Below are positions 10,965 to 23,687 of a stretch of 64,000 nt of DNA, one piece after another. The position numbers were made by a program, and so were the translations under genes. The stretch is from Chlorokybus atmophyticus (taxonomy: Eukaryota > Plantae > Mesostigma and Chlorokybus algae). The notes under the pieces are model-generated. The model ran no database searches and was not told the origin of the DNA. It saw only the letters and a program-made list of their open reading frames with translations. The first letter of the stretch is position 1. The number at the start of each line of letters is the position of its first letter. Location of the stretch: NCBI GenBank assembly GCA_009103225.1, contig RHPI01002836.1, positions 234,578 through 298,577 on the forward strand, read 5' to 3'.

Positions 10965-13540
10965 TGATACATATCATTTGGAGAATGCCGTCCTGCTTGG
11001 CTCCCATCGCCCCATGAAGCGGAACCTCTTGGGCTCAGGCGTTTCACTTTCATCCGGCATGCCTGCATTCACAATGAGTGGCGAATGTGTACAATCACAT
11101 ACACAGAGACCAGTCTGCTCGTACATGGCACTATTAGCTTACAGCTTACCAGCTTACGAGCATACCCTATAGACTGCATTGTGACACTGTGCATTGGTCA
11201 CAGCTACCAAGCCTATGAGCGGTCTATAAGCTCAAAACATACCTGGCCGTTTCCTCGTGTTTATCCAGCCCAGCTGACCACCCTGCGTTGGGTCTTCGCC
11301 CAGCCACTTCTTCTTCATTGCAAACTGCACAACCGCTTGCATGATACGCTGTGTTGGAATGCTGTCCATCCGGGCCTGGTCTTGAAAGGAAAGAGGTGCC
11401 ACGCTCTCCATCAGCGCCACCTGCTTCTTCCGCCAGAATTCCCATTGCCGGCCAACTTGCGCCCTAGTAGGTGTTTGCTCAATGCCACAGCACACAGCCG
11501 CCAGCATCTCCAGCTTCTCATCATCCACTGAAACCTCGCGGTCCTGCATGGGCACATCATCAGCACAACCAGCAAGCACTTGAAACAAGAAATTGCGCGC
11601 ACATAGCTGACAAACCTGATCGTCTTGCTGCGCATTGGTGTTCAGTTCTTCAAGTACTCTCGCCTGGCATTCCCCATCCGGACGTGCCTATTGAAGCTGC
11701 ATTCACCGTTTTCACAGACGCAGGTGCCCATCTGGCTCATGAACATAAGTGGCCACTCAACCGTCACGCTCTGCACTCCATCAGTTGTCAGTGTCATAGG
11801 CGGTTCACATGTGCACACTTTAGCCAACTACACGCGACGCACGTCTCGCACTTGATGACATGCAATGATAAAAGCATATACTGTGCGTGACTGACAATCA
11901 CCAACTTACCTCTAGCTCGGCGCGCGTGTAATGATCCGGTGTCTTGCCATGCATGAGCCTTTGCGACCTGATAGGTATGAACGGCCGCACGCTGTCGTCC
12001 TCCACGCAAAACACTGGCAGCCAATTAATGATCTGCATGCTGTATGTGCGGCAGGTCTCATCCACCTCGGCAATCTCAAGGATGGTGGCAATGGCCACGG
12101 GCACACATGGGTCTTCACGAGTTGAGGATTGCATATCGACGTCAAAGACTTTGTCTCGGTCGTAATCGTCTGCATGTCTGCACCTCATGAACATGCATCG
12201 TGTTAGATAACACAACACAACAGGTGTACATCCAGCTTGCTTCACTTCTAGTGGAGTTGTCACAGTTCAGGGTTGCAATCATACATGCGCACACAGTACT
12301 TACCTGAATTTGCGCAAAGTAGCCCGCAGCACGTCATCTGGAAGGGGCCCGTCGCTCAAGGGGCACCACAGAACGACTGTCTGTTAAGGGCTGTAATTGT
12401 CAGGGCTGAAAACTCTGCCCCACCCTACAGACCGGCGACGAGCAGCTGTGCCAACTTTGGCAGTTCGCTCTGCTTCTCGAGCATGCGCACGGAGCTGGAC
12501 CCGCTGCTCCCTGGACTGTCCTTGGCGTTCACCTCGTTCTTCTTTAACGCCCCTCCGATAAGTCCATTGGCGTTGTATGAAATATGCCCAGATGTGCTCT
12601 GCCAAGCAAAAGTTATAAAGATGTCCACATGTCCAAAAAGCTGCTTTGGTCTCATAAGCTGGCACCGTCCAAGACACTCTACGACTTATGCATTTCCATT
12701 GCTGTGACCTAAAGACTCGTAGGCACTGTCCAGTGTCTACTTATGCATTCCATTGCTTTTAGATGCTCATAGGCACTGTTGTCAGCGTCTACGACGTATG
12801 CGTTCCATTGCTGAGACCTAAGGACTCATAGGCACTGTCCAGTGTCTACGACTTATGCAATCCATTGCTGAGACCTAAGGACTCATAGGCACTGTCCAGT
12901 GTTCCAGCTTGACAAATAGTAACCGACCAACAGTGGCACCACTAAGCAGTAGTAAAAACAGCTGGATATACATGAAAACTAGCTGAATTCAGCTGAACAG
13001 CAAGCCATCTATGTCAAGTAACGTAACAACTCGACAAGTAGCGTGATATCAACTGACTTGCAACAGTGGCAACACTGACTAGCAGCAACAACAGCTTGAG
13101 GGCTAGCAAAGCTTGCTATATGCATGAATACGGGCTAGTTTCACCTGAACAGTTACCGATCAACACACAAGGCATTCAGAGCAAACCTTCACAGAAAACA
13201 ACTGACCTCTGGATATGCGGAGCTCTATGCCTTCCCCAAACACTAGAGGCTCCAGCTCCGGCTCCAACTCCTCACAGAACCTCTCCAGCTTGGCAATGCT
13301 GGCCTGCGCTGCATGATCCTTGCTCCGCTTGTCGAAATTCACCTCCTTCCAACCTGGACCAGGGATTTGCTCCCACTGTTTGAGCTTGTTGGTGAACTTG
13401 TCCATGTTTCGCACATGGGTGGGGTGCACAGAGGAAAAGTTGTCCCTCAGGAACCTGTCCCCAGTTTTCTGGCCGTTGTTGCCACAGTTGAACACTTGGC
13501 TGGCAGAAGGCACTGCGGTCACCATTGTTACACTATGCAC
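10965..13540 (-). CDS. Multi-exon gene of unknown function (gene X paralog)
   Basis: Exon-like ORFs 13160-13540, 12384-12677, 11898-12263, 11642-11827 and 11232-11588 align in order with 54911-58150. Two GT donor positions are shared. Gene limits are approximate. Confidence 0.7.
12645..12900. repeat. Minisatellite (~55-bp unit, about 4-5 degenerate copies) in intron
   Basis: Repeated CTACGACTTATGCA..CCATTGCTGAGACCTAAGGACTCATAGGCACTGTCCAGTGT. Confidence 0.8.
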
Positions 13541-13923
13541 AAAGCACTCAAGCTTCCAGGTGACAAAAGGCTCACACAGCAGTCTATAACACGAGAGTCT
13601 ACAGCACGCGACTTATTGCAGCTGCGATAACCAGTGCCGAAGTCTATACTGCGCACAACGCACAACGCACAACACATGCGCACAACGCACGCGCGAGCGA
13701 ACAAAACTTCCAAATGACGGAATCTGACAACAAACACTTCCATATGAATCAACTTCCAGTACCTGTAACCTAGGGTTCGTCGGAGCGGCCTATGCGGTCG
13801 CCTGTGACATAGGGTTCATCGGAGCGGCCTATGCGGTCGCCTGTCACGCCGCCGGCAGCCTGATGTTTGGTGTGCCTAAGGTAGTAGTAGTTCAGGCAGT
13901 GCTGGCGGAGGTGTGGTAGCGGA

Positions 13924-16900
13924 GTGCTAGCTTGTGTTGCACAAGAGTGTTATCCAGTGCAAGTTGTTGCAGAGATCAGCAAGCTGAGAAACACCAAGGA
14001 TGATGACATCCCTACCGTGTCGGCGGCATCGTCGACTTCAGAGGAGACTCGGAGGCAGCCCTCACACTTCAACATGGAGGAGCTGGGGCGCTGCAACATG
14101 TATGAGATGGACATCAAGTTCACCACTGAGGAGCCTATCTTTAGGAGGCAGTACCCGCTCAGCCAAGTGGAGAAAGAGGGAGTCTAGCAAAAGTGTGATG
14201 AACTCTTAGAGGCCGGGCTGATTGAGGAGTCGATCTCCAGCTATGCATCTGCAGTTGTCATGCCCAGGAAGAAAGACTCAGAGGGCAATTGGACTCAGAT
14301 GCGCATGTGTGTGGACTTCCGACCTGCCAATGCTGCCACTAAGACCAACAGATACCCGATGCCCACTGCCGAAGACATTTTCGATGAAGTGGCCGACGCA
14401 AAGATCTTTACCATTATTAATCTGCGTGCTGGCTTCCATCAGATTGGGATCAGGGAATCGGACCGGCACAAGACTGCATTCTGGGGCAACAGAGTGTTGT
14501 ACCAGTGGAAGGTCATGCCCTTTGGCATGAAGAACGCTCCGGCGGTCTTCCAGCGTGTAATGGACCGGGTCCTTCGAGGCCTCCCTTTTACGCGCTGCTA
14601 CATCGATGACGTCTTGGTCTTCAGCAACACCATGGAGGAGCATCTGCAGCACCTGAAGCAAGTGTTTGAGAGGATCAAGGCTGCCAACATGACCTGTCAT
14701 CCAGAGAAGTGCAAATTTGCAGCAGATACAGTACAGTACCTGGGGCATGAGATTGTGCCCGGAGGAGTGCAGGTGCAGAAGGCGAAGGTTGAGGCCATCG
14801 CTCAGGTGCCAGCACCCACAGACATCAGCAGGCTCAGGGCATTCTTGGGCCTGGCCAACTACTACAAGAGATTTGTGAAGGACTACAGCAAGTTAGCAAG
14901 GCCACTGAATGACCTGCTGAAGAAGAAGCAACGTTGGCAGTGGGACACAAGCTGTCAACAAGCATTTAAGCTGATCAAGGAGAAGCTCAGTGAAGCACCA
15001 GTGCTGAGGTCACACGACTACAATAAGGAGTTCATCCTGCACACCGATTGGAGCAAGTTGGGCATTGGCGCTGTGTTGTGTCAGAAGGACGACGATGGGG
15101 CAGAGTACGTGGTGGCCTATGCCAGTAGGAGCAACAACAAGGCGGAAGGCAACTACAGCTCCTATGAAGGGGAATGTTTGGCGGCTGTGTGGGCAGTGGT
15201 GCATTTCAATCCTTTCCTATTTGGCAGGAGGTTCACTCTGCTGACAGACCATCAACCTTTGAAATGGCTGCTCACCAACAGCCATGTGACGGAGAAGCAT
15301 GCTCGGTGGGCACTCATCCTGCAGGAGTACGACTTCAGCATCGAGCACAAGGCAGGGTTGGCCAACATGGACGCTGATGGACTCAGCCGCAATCTTGTAG
15401 CTGACACTATCGACAAGAGCGAAGCTCGGCATGATGGAGGGCCAGACGCCGCCGCTACCACCGATGTGGCAACCCTACTAGCCATTGTGACCTGTGCTCT
15501 GGCAGAGTTTGAGCTGGAGGAGAGCACCACTGTAGCTGAAGGAGTTGCCAGCTACATGGCAGAGGCTGAGGGGGTCAGCCCAGGAGAGGAAGACGTCGGC
15601 AGGGGTAATATCTGGCTCGACGCCGACGCAATGATGCACCTGAGGGAGGGAACCTACCCACCAGCTGCAAGCACGATGACCAAAGATCGCATGTGGCGCA
15701 GGTCACAGCACTACAGCTGGAAGGATGGGCAGGTTGTCAAGAACATGAAGGATGGCACCACGAGGGTGGTGCCACCACTGGGGGAAAGAGAGGAGATTGT
15801 GCGCAAGCTGCACAATCAGATGGGCCACTTCGGGGTCAAGCGTACCCAGGCACTAGTCTCAACAACCTAGTGGTGGCTCGGGATGGCTGCCATGGTGGCT
15901 GCAGCTGTGCAGCGGTGTGTGGAGTGCGACAAGGTCAAGGCTAGCTTCAGCATGAAGCAGCCGCAGCTCAACCCACTTCCCATACAAGGCCTGTTCTACA
16001 GGTGGAGTTTGGATCTGGCAGGGAGACCTACCTGTCACTCAGCGAGGTCATCGCTACATCCTGGTAATAATTGAGCATTTAAGCAAATGGGTGGAGGTCA
16101 CTCCGCTCATCAACAAAGAAGCTGGCACAATCATGCAGGCTTTCCTCAGCCAGGTGCTCAGCAGGTTCGGCGGGTGTGCGAAGGTGCTCACCGATCAGGG
16201 CACAAAGTTCCGGGGCAAGTTAGATGACCTGCTCCATGAGTGCTTCATCGACCATTGCCGTACCCATCGCAACCATCCGCAAGCCGACGGACTTACAGAG
16301 AGGATGGTGCAGACAGTGAAAGCGGGGCTGCGCAATTTCTGCCGTAGTCACGCCAAAAGCAACTGGGACCTTCAGTTGCCATGGCTCATGATGGGCTACT
16401 GGTTCAGCCGTCAAGCCGCATTGGGGGCTTACAGCCCATACTTTTTGCTGTACGGTCGTCATCCACAGTTGCCAGCTTCCATTCAAAAGCCCGCCGAGGC
16501 AGTGGTGGATTTGACAGATTAAGGGAGCTTCCTCAAGGAGCTCACCGCCCGGGCTGCGCTTTACCGGCGCGTCATGCCTGTTGCGATGGACAATCTGCTC
16601 ATCGCACAACATCGAGACATTCAGCGTTACGCACGGGTGTGCAGCGGCTTTTACAAGCTACGGCTGCAGAAGTTCAAGGTGGGAGATTATGTGTATCTCC
16701 ACCAACAGATGAAGGACACACTGGACACCATTGCCAGCAATATCATTTTGAGAGTGAAGGCAGTGCGTGACAACGGCGTGTTAATGCTGGAGGGCAGCGA
16801 CGCGCGTACATACACTGAGCAGATGAAGAACTGTGCACTCTGCCATCTGCCCAACATTAATGGAGCAGTTGACCCCAAAGCTGCTGTTCCTGATGTCAGT

Positions 16901-17071
16901 CACAGATGCGAAGGCTGCGCACGCGCTGATGGAGAAAACAGTATGCTGCTGTGTGACCGCTGCAATGCTGGTTGGCACATCTGGTGTCTGTCACCACCAT
17001 TGACACTGGTGCCGGAGGGTGATTGGATGTGTGAGGCCTGCCAGATGCAGCTGGCTCACTCAGGGGAGTGA
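13924..17071 (+). pseudogene. pol: Ty3/gypsy pol: RT, RNase H, integrase and C-terminal PHD finger (stops/frameshifts; gag and protease absent)
   Basis: YIDD, HTDWSKLGIGAVL, HNQMGHFG...CVEC, TDQGTKF, HPQADGLTER, and C-terminal CEGC..LLCDRCNAGWHIWCLSPPLTLVPEGDWMCEAC. Purine tract GGAGGGGGTAGGGG at ~17082-17095. Confidence 0.9.
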
Positions 17072-18165
17072 AGGGCCACCTGGAGGGGGTAGGGGAGCTC
17101 GCTGTCCTGGTCTCGATTCACTTTTTCGTTCGTCTCTAAGCTGTTCTCAATAGCAAGGAGTACATCATAGTCCCAGCTCGCTATCAGGGGCTACAGGGAG
17201 GAGTGGAATCCGAGCGCCAGCATACACGAAAGCAGCAGGCACGACAGCTGTCATGCCATGAGCTCTTGCTGCCATGCACAGTCGATGCACACGCACATTG
17301 CACCAAGCACACAGAGTCGACCAGAAGGGAAGGCCCTATACAACTATACACAAGTCATGTACAGGTACAGCAAGTCGGGCTGTGCTAACTACCTATGGGA
17401 CGAGGGGTGGAAGGAGTGAGGGTTATGAGGGGACACCCCGCTGCATGCCCTCTCCATCGCCCTCCCAGCCGTGGCTCCATGCACACAGGGCACGTACGGG
17501 GTTGGGCTACGAAGCTGCTGGCAGGAATCCACCTGTACTTGGGGGCACCCACCCACACACACGCGGAGGAGTGGGCTCTGCCCAGCGCTGGCGAGGACCT
17601 TCAAGGAGTGGAGGCAGAGGTGCATTCATGTTGCCAGCGAGGATGCGATCATGGTCCAGGTCGCAGTGGAGATGAGGGTGGCGAGCATGCACATGGGCAG
17701 CAGGGTCAAGGGAGTCTGGGATCCGTATGGGAATGGCAGGTTGTGCTTTACGCTCCGTGAAGGACACAACAGGGGACATCGTACCTTGGGTTCGTACCCG
17801 AGACCAGTAGAAGGTCTCTTCCTCCCGTAGTCCTCCCAACCACGCGCTACCAGCTGAGGACTCCTCTCTGACATATGGCTGACCCCAAGTGTCCCGGCCT
17901 GCATAGCGGTGCAGGTGTCTGTCTGCCAGTTTCATCACTGTAAACTCCCGCACGTCCGCAGGAAGGTTGACCGCAGTTGGGTGGGCATTGCCTCTACGGG
18001 GAAAACTATCTAAGAACCTCGCTTCCCTCCCTTCCCTCTGCCAATGCCAGGACATTCTGTGGGCCGGTGGCGTGCTGATGCGGCTGGCAACCACACGCCA
18101 GCTGTCGCTTGGATGAGGAGCAGAAGAGGATGGAAAAACCGAGGCGGGAAGATACTCCGTGATAT

Positions 18166-18617
18166 TGTGGGAAGCTAGTGGACACATGCAGCAGGGCAGG
18201 GCATGACACATACAACACAACAGCCGCCAAGGCTTGGACTAAAAGCAATCACTATTCCATTCAAGCAAGTGTAGTCCGCTAGCTTATATACTTAGCCAGA
18301 CTACACACCTCTACTCTAGAAGATCCTGCGCCTTCTACAAGCGTTCTATTGAGGTGATCTAAGTTGCTCCACGTAGCCAGCTTCAAGACCTTTCCAACAA
18401 GCTATGCCACGTTCCTTGCAACTAAGTAGCCACGAAGTTCTGCAACTTCTACCGAAGCTCTGGCCTGTCGCCAGACTCTTCCAGATGCTCCCAAGTCCGG
18501 AGTCTTCAAGTGTCCGCCAGCAGTCTGTACCGATATCGAGCTCTAGACTCACAACTGCTCGATATCAGTCCTCGTATTGCAAGTGCGACGTGCACAAGGA
18601 CTTAGCCATTTCTAACA
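18166..18617 (-). repeat. Degenerate Copia-type LTR (solo-like, no TSD seen)
   Basis: Minus strand begins TGTTAGAA and contains TAGCTTGTTGGAAAGGTCTTGAAGCTGGCTACGTGGAGCAACTTAG, similar to LTRs at 27441 and 29760. Confidence 0.5.
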
Positions 18618-19595
18618 CTCGATGCCTTAGTCTATGGGAGTCAGGCTGACTAGATGTCGTCCGTCAACACGTGAAGGCGTCGCTCCGAGAAGGCAGGTTG
18701 GCAAGCGCCGTCATGACGTTCGCCGCCGCCGTCACCGCCGCCATCGTGCAGTGAACTACACACTTGCATCAGCCTGACTGCGAGAATGGTTAAGGCATGG
18801 TGCTGACTGAACATCCAGATCGTCCGACCTCGACTCCATCCGAGTTGAGTGACAGGAAGCCGCACAAACATTGGATGGTGACGCAGGTTTTGCGCCAAGA
18901 TCGACGGTCCCGATACGAGAGAGATGACGGCGGCCGCGCCGACAGCTCACTAGTATTTAGCATGCTTGCAACACTAACTGACCAGTTGGTAATGCAAGTA
19001 GGTCAGTGAGACGGGTAGTGAGCGTACCCTTGCCTTGACATTTTTAGTGTTATCATTGTCTTGCTTACTGATGAGAGAGTGTCAGTGAGTGACTGGAAGT
19101 GGACGAGCGTGTGTGTGTCTTCAGCTGTGTCGTGCCTCGTGTGACTGCCACCGCCGCCACCAGCCTCATCCTCGCCCACGCAAGCAAGAGCAACCACTGA
19201 GAGACGGTGCCATGCATTGAGTGTCTGCATGCACCCACTGATCTGCATTGGCATTGAGTGCATATCCCTTGACCACCTTAGCTACCAACTCCGCGTGATC
19301 TGTTCTGTGTACCACTTAGCAAGATCATCGTAGTGCATTGTTGTGTGTGTTGCTGAGCACTTAGTTTTTATCAGGCATCACAGTAGCAGTATAGGGTCAG
19401 TCAGCATTCTAACCCGTACACCTCTTCCCCACACCACATAGGGGAGCGAGCTGTCTTGGGCGAGATTCACTTTTTCGTCTCCGAGCTGTTCTCAATAGCA
19501 AGGAGTACATCATAGTCCCAGCTCGCTATCAGGGGCTACAGGGAGGAGTGGAATCCGAGCGCCAGCGCACACGACAGCAGCAGGCACGACACCAC

Positions 19596-22060
19596 CTCCT
19601 GGGGTTGTGGCCATCGAAACCCCCAATCCGGCAACGGGGAAGGGGTGGGTCCAAGTGCGATGCTAAGTGTCTTCTCGACGCTGAGCTTGGAGTCCGAAGC
19701 TAGGCAATAGGCATCCAACTCCGTGGTGAGGCCTTGGACGGATTGCTGTGTGCGCTCGATGTAGGCCTTTGTGTCGTCTGCATATCCTGTGTATCTGAGT
19801 TCCTTGTCCTCTTCGGGACCACCTTCAGGATTAGGGAGGCGGATGCCCTTCATGAGAGGAGAGGAGCGAAGCATGGCGCCCAGTGGTTCCGTTGCCAATA
19901 TGAACAGAAACGGTGCTAGCGGGCACCCCTGCCGTATGCTACGTTGGAGCCCAAAGACCTCAGAAAGGAAGCCATTGATGGAAACACAGCTGCGGCCTCC
20001 CCCATTAAGAGTTCGCACCCAGGCCACCAATATCGGAGAAAAGCCCAATCTCAACAACACTGATGATATGAACGACCAGTCTAACCTGTCGAAGGCTTTC
20101 TCAAAATCAAGGAGAAGAAGAGCGCCTTGCTGGTTGGTAAAGTCCGCGTGGGACATAGCATCCAACGCAGTGAGAACATTGTCGAGGATGTAGCGGTGAG
20201 GGACAAAGCCAACCTGAGTGGGGTGCACACATGCCGGTATGTGTGGGCGCAGTCGGCTGGCTATGGCCTTCGCGAGGATCTTGTAGTGGATAGGAAGAAG
20301 AGTGATTGGGCGCCAGTTCTTCAGCTAACCTCTGTCGACCTTCTTGTAGATGAGAGTGATCACTCCCAGCCGCTGTGTCTCGCCCATCTGTACGCTGTTG
20401 AGCACGTGCTGACAGTATTGAAGATAGTGCTCACCTAGCATAGGCCAGAAGTGCTGCCAGAAGGGGACAGTGAGACCATCCTTCCCTGGGGCCTTTTGCG
20501 GGGACATGGAGAACAGTGCAGCCTGCAGCTCCGCCAGCTTCAATGGTGTCTCCAACTCAGCTGCTTCAGCAATGGTGATGCGTGGGGACAAGCTGTCCAA
20601 GCAATGTGCTGTGGCCTCTGCTACCTCTGGAGTGTCTCTGTGTGAGGACGAGTAGAGGTTGTGATAGTACTCAGCGCTCGCCTCACACATGGCGTATGAA
20701 GATGTGATGGGAGAGGGATAGCTGTCGTATCCTGCAGTTAAGAAGTGCATATGGTTGGGTGAGCGTGACGGTCTCCCTTTTTTGAAGCAGGCTGAAGTCA
20801 TTCTCTCTCCCTCCAGCCTCCACTTGGTGGCAACCCGCAGTGCTGTATTGTCGAGTGCCGTGGCATGGGCTTCCTTCAATGCAGACAGGAGTGAAGAGTG
20901 CTGGCGCTGCAAGTCCGTATCAGCTGGTGAGACCGCTAGCTGAGGCACCAACATGTCCAGCTCTTCTGCAAGTGTATCAACTTAAGATTGAAGCTGTCGA
21001 TGGCGTCTTCGCATATGCTGTCTCGTCATTGCCTCTGTTCTTGCTAAGAAGTCTTCAAATGCTGCCACATATGATGTAGGTGCAGAAGAGAATGAAGACG
21101 ACATTAAACCCCACATGTCCTCCACCTCGGTGACGAACAGGGGGTCATGGAGGAGGGAGGAGTCGATACGCCAAAGTCCTTTGCCTCGTTCCAGATGTTG
21201 CGCGGATTGAAGCTCGAGGTACACCGGCTTATGGTCCGACACCCACTCTTTTGCATTGATGGCACGGTCCGCCACGGATGAAAGGAGCTTACTGGAGACA
21301 TACAACCTGTCTAGCCGAGCAAGCCTGCGTGCTGCTCCTTGACGGGAGCTGTCCCATGTATAGACTTGAGAAAAGGGGTACCTACATCTCCAAGCGTCCT
21401 CCACCCTAAGTTGTTGACGAAGGGCAGAAAGCGCAATGCTGTCTTCCTTGCCGGAGAGAGAGCCGTGGTGTGAACGATCCAGCGATTGATCTTCGACACA
21501 GTTCCAGTCTCCACCAACTACGTGCCAGTCAGCAGCGGGAAGATGAGATGCACTGATCTCAGCGAAGAAGAAAAAAAAAAAAACTCACACTGCTTCACTT
21601 CCTTAGAGGGGGCGTACACGCTAACAAGAAGAAGTGAGCCTCCGTCCCAGGCTAGCCGAACCCAACAGCACCAGTGTCGGACCGCTACCCCTGTATCCAA
21701 GACGGCATGCTTCCATGAAGAGGGATACAAGACAGCAACACCACCCTTGGTGCCGTCCGCAGGAGCCCACACTGCCTCTCCTTTCCATGCATGCTGCCAC
21801 TTCTAAGTTGCAATTGCTGCAGCACTTAACTTGGTCTCTTGTAGGAGAAAGACGCCGTCTCCCTTGCGTTTATGCGCCCATGAGCGAGAGAATACAGCAT
21901 CTTTACGTGAAGGCCCATCTGTTGTGTGGTTTGAATTTAACCCCCGAACATTCTAAGACCACACCTTGATGTGCGGCTAGGCGGTGGAGATGTCATACTA
22001 TGCCCAAGACAGTCCCCCAAGAGTAGTCATCAAGAGGGATGTCGTCATCTGTGCCGTATG
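19596..22060 (-). pseudogene. L1-like LINE ORF2 (APE endonuclease and RT), 3'-truncated, degenerate
   Basis: *NVRGLN, FLLQETK, VYAP, RLDRLY, SDHKPV, KAPGKDG, LDFEKAFD, IRQGCPLAP and YADD motifs in order. Confidence 0.88.
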
Positions 22061-22569
22061 TGTGGAGAATATAGCATGATTTGCAGTGTTCTCTACATGT
22101 ATAGCATATGACACTTATGTGCTATTGTCCAGTCAGCTTAGCTAGCCCTATTGTAGCTTGTTAAGTTGATACTTAATAAGCTACTCATAGACTGCAGTTG
22201 TATGTATAGGCTGCAGGCAGTTAGGACTGGTACAGTCTGGTCTTTGGTAGGACCCAGACTGAGGGCCCAGAGCCGACAGGCCGCGGGTTATTGAGTTAGT
22301 TCACTCTTTGGTCACTTTTTGGCGGTGTAGCTCTGCTCTTACCACTGTGCTGTGTATGCTTGTTGTGCATGGTTGCATGCAGCATCTCTAGTCAACAGGT
22401 TATGGGCCCACATCTATGTGTGTAGAGCTAGCTACTGTGAGAGAGTGTTCTCCTCTGTGTGTGGGGTTGTTGGAGCTGATTGCTGGTGCTGAGAGGTGCA
22501 GCGGACAAGCAGGAGTACTGTGGGTTTTAGCTGTGAAGTCCAGTCAGCAGGATGGCAACCACTGGATCA

Positions 22570-23687
22570 GAGAAGGAAAAGTTCACCATCAAACCTTTGG
22601 GAGATGACAGCTACGCCAGCTGGAGCTTTGAGATGAAGATGAAGCTCATCTACAAAGAGCTGTGGGACTACGTAGACCCAAAGGGGAGTGCGCCAATTGG
22701 TAACGAGTCTGCATGGATGTGAAGCAGTTTGCGTGCTTTGGCTTTGATGAGTATGCATGTTGAGCCCTTCCATAGGCCACTGCTACAGATGCAATCTGAT
22801 GCCAAGCATGCATGGGAAGCTTTGGAAATATGTTCTCCACACGCTCTGTTGGTCGTAAGATTGAGCTCAAGCAAGCGTTCAACAACATGAGGAAGCTTGC
22901 TAGTGAGAGAGTTACAGAGTATTTGGGACGTGCACAAAAGCTCAGAAATGATCTGACCTCTATAGGAGATTCAGTCTCAGAGGATGATCTGTGCTTGAAT
23001 GTGTTGTCTGGGTTGCCACGAGAGTTTAAGATTGTTGTGATCATGCTGGAGGGAATCATTACCACTCAGAAGTTGACCCTCAAAGAGATTTTGCCAATTC
23101 TGTTGAAGACAAAGTTTAGGATCAAGGGCAACGAAGCTGATGGAGAGTCCATTGCGTTCGCTGCTCGAGCGCAATCATTTGGAGGAGCTGATACCAGCGG
23201 CAACAATAATGGCAATAGGAGTGGAGATCAGAAGAAGCAGAAGAAGCCCTTCAGTGGGAAGTGCTTCCATTGTAACCAAATTGGGCACAGGAAGAGTGAT
23301 TGTCAGTAGCTGAGGTCAGCAAAGGGCAATCAGCAAGGTGGACAGAGGGGAGTGGGTGGAGCAGTTGCTTTCATAGCATCCACAGAGATCAGGCGTCATC
23401 GTGGGTGGGTGTTCGATTCTGGCTGTACACAGCATCTGACTCCTGATGCTGGGCTGCTACTCAACTACAAGGTTCAATCCAGTTCACGGAGTGTGGAGGT
23501 TCTGGGTGGACAGTCGGAGGTAGCGGGTACAGGCCAATCAGTGCTCTGGTGTAAGACAAGAGAAGGTGTGTACAGGGTGGAGCTGAAGGAGGTCCTTCAT
23601 GTTCCTCGTGCACAGGCTAGCCTTTTCTCCATGAAGGTCGCATTGAAGGCTGGAGCTGATTTGTGTCAGGAAAAGGAGCAGAAGTCT
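22570..23687 (+). pseudogene. gag: Copia alpha gag and protease (stops/frameshifts)
   Basis: KIELKQAFNNMRK...VTEYLGRAQ, CFHCNQIGHRKSDC knuckle, WVFDSGCTQH protease motif. Confidence 0.85.

Larger units (their letters stand above)
9989..13745. mobile_element. One end of a second CACTA-like DNA transposon (element C); other end not found
   Basis: Starts CACACGG, like the TIR of 41029-59163. Followed by a dense GGACC/GGTCC subterminal array (9989-10560) and a paralog of gene X pointing toward this end. Confidence 0.65.

Noticed and set aside
17250-18165. ORF 17507-18220 and overlapping plus-strand ORFs as a gene
   Set aside because: No recognisable motif; may be LTR or internal non-coding sequence.
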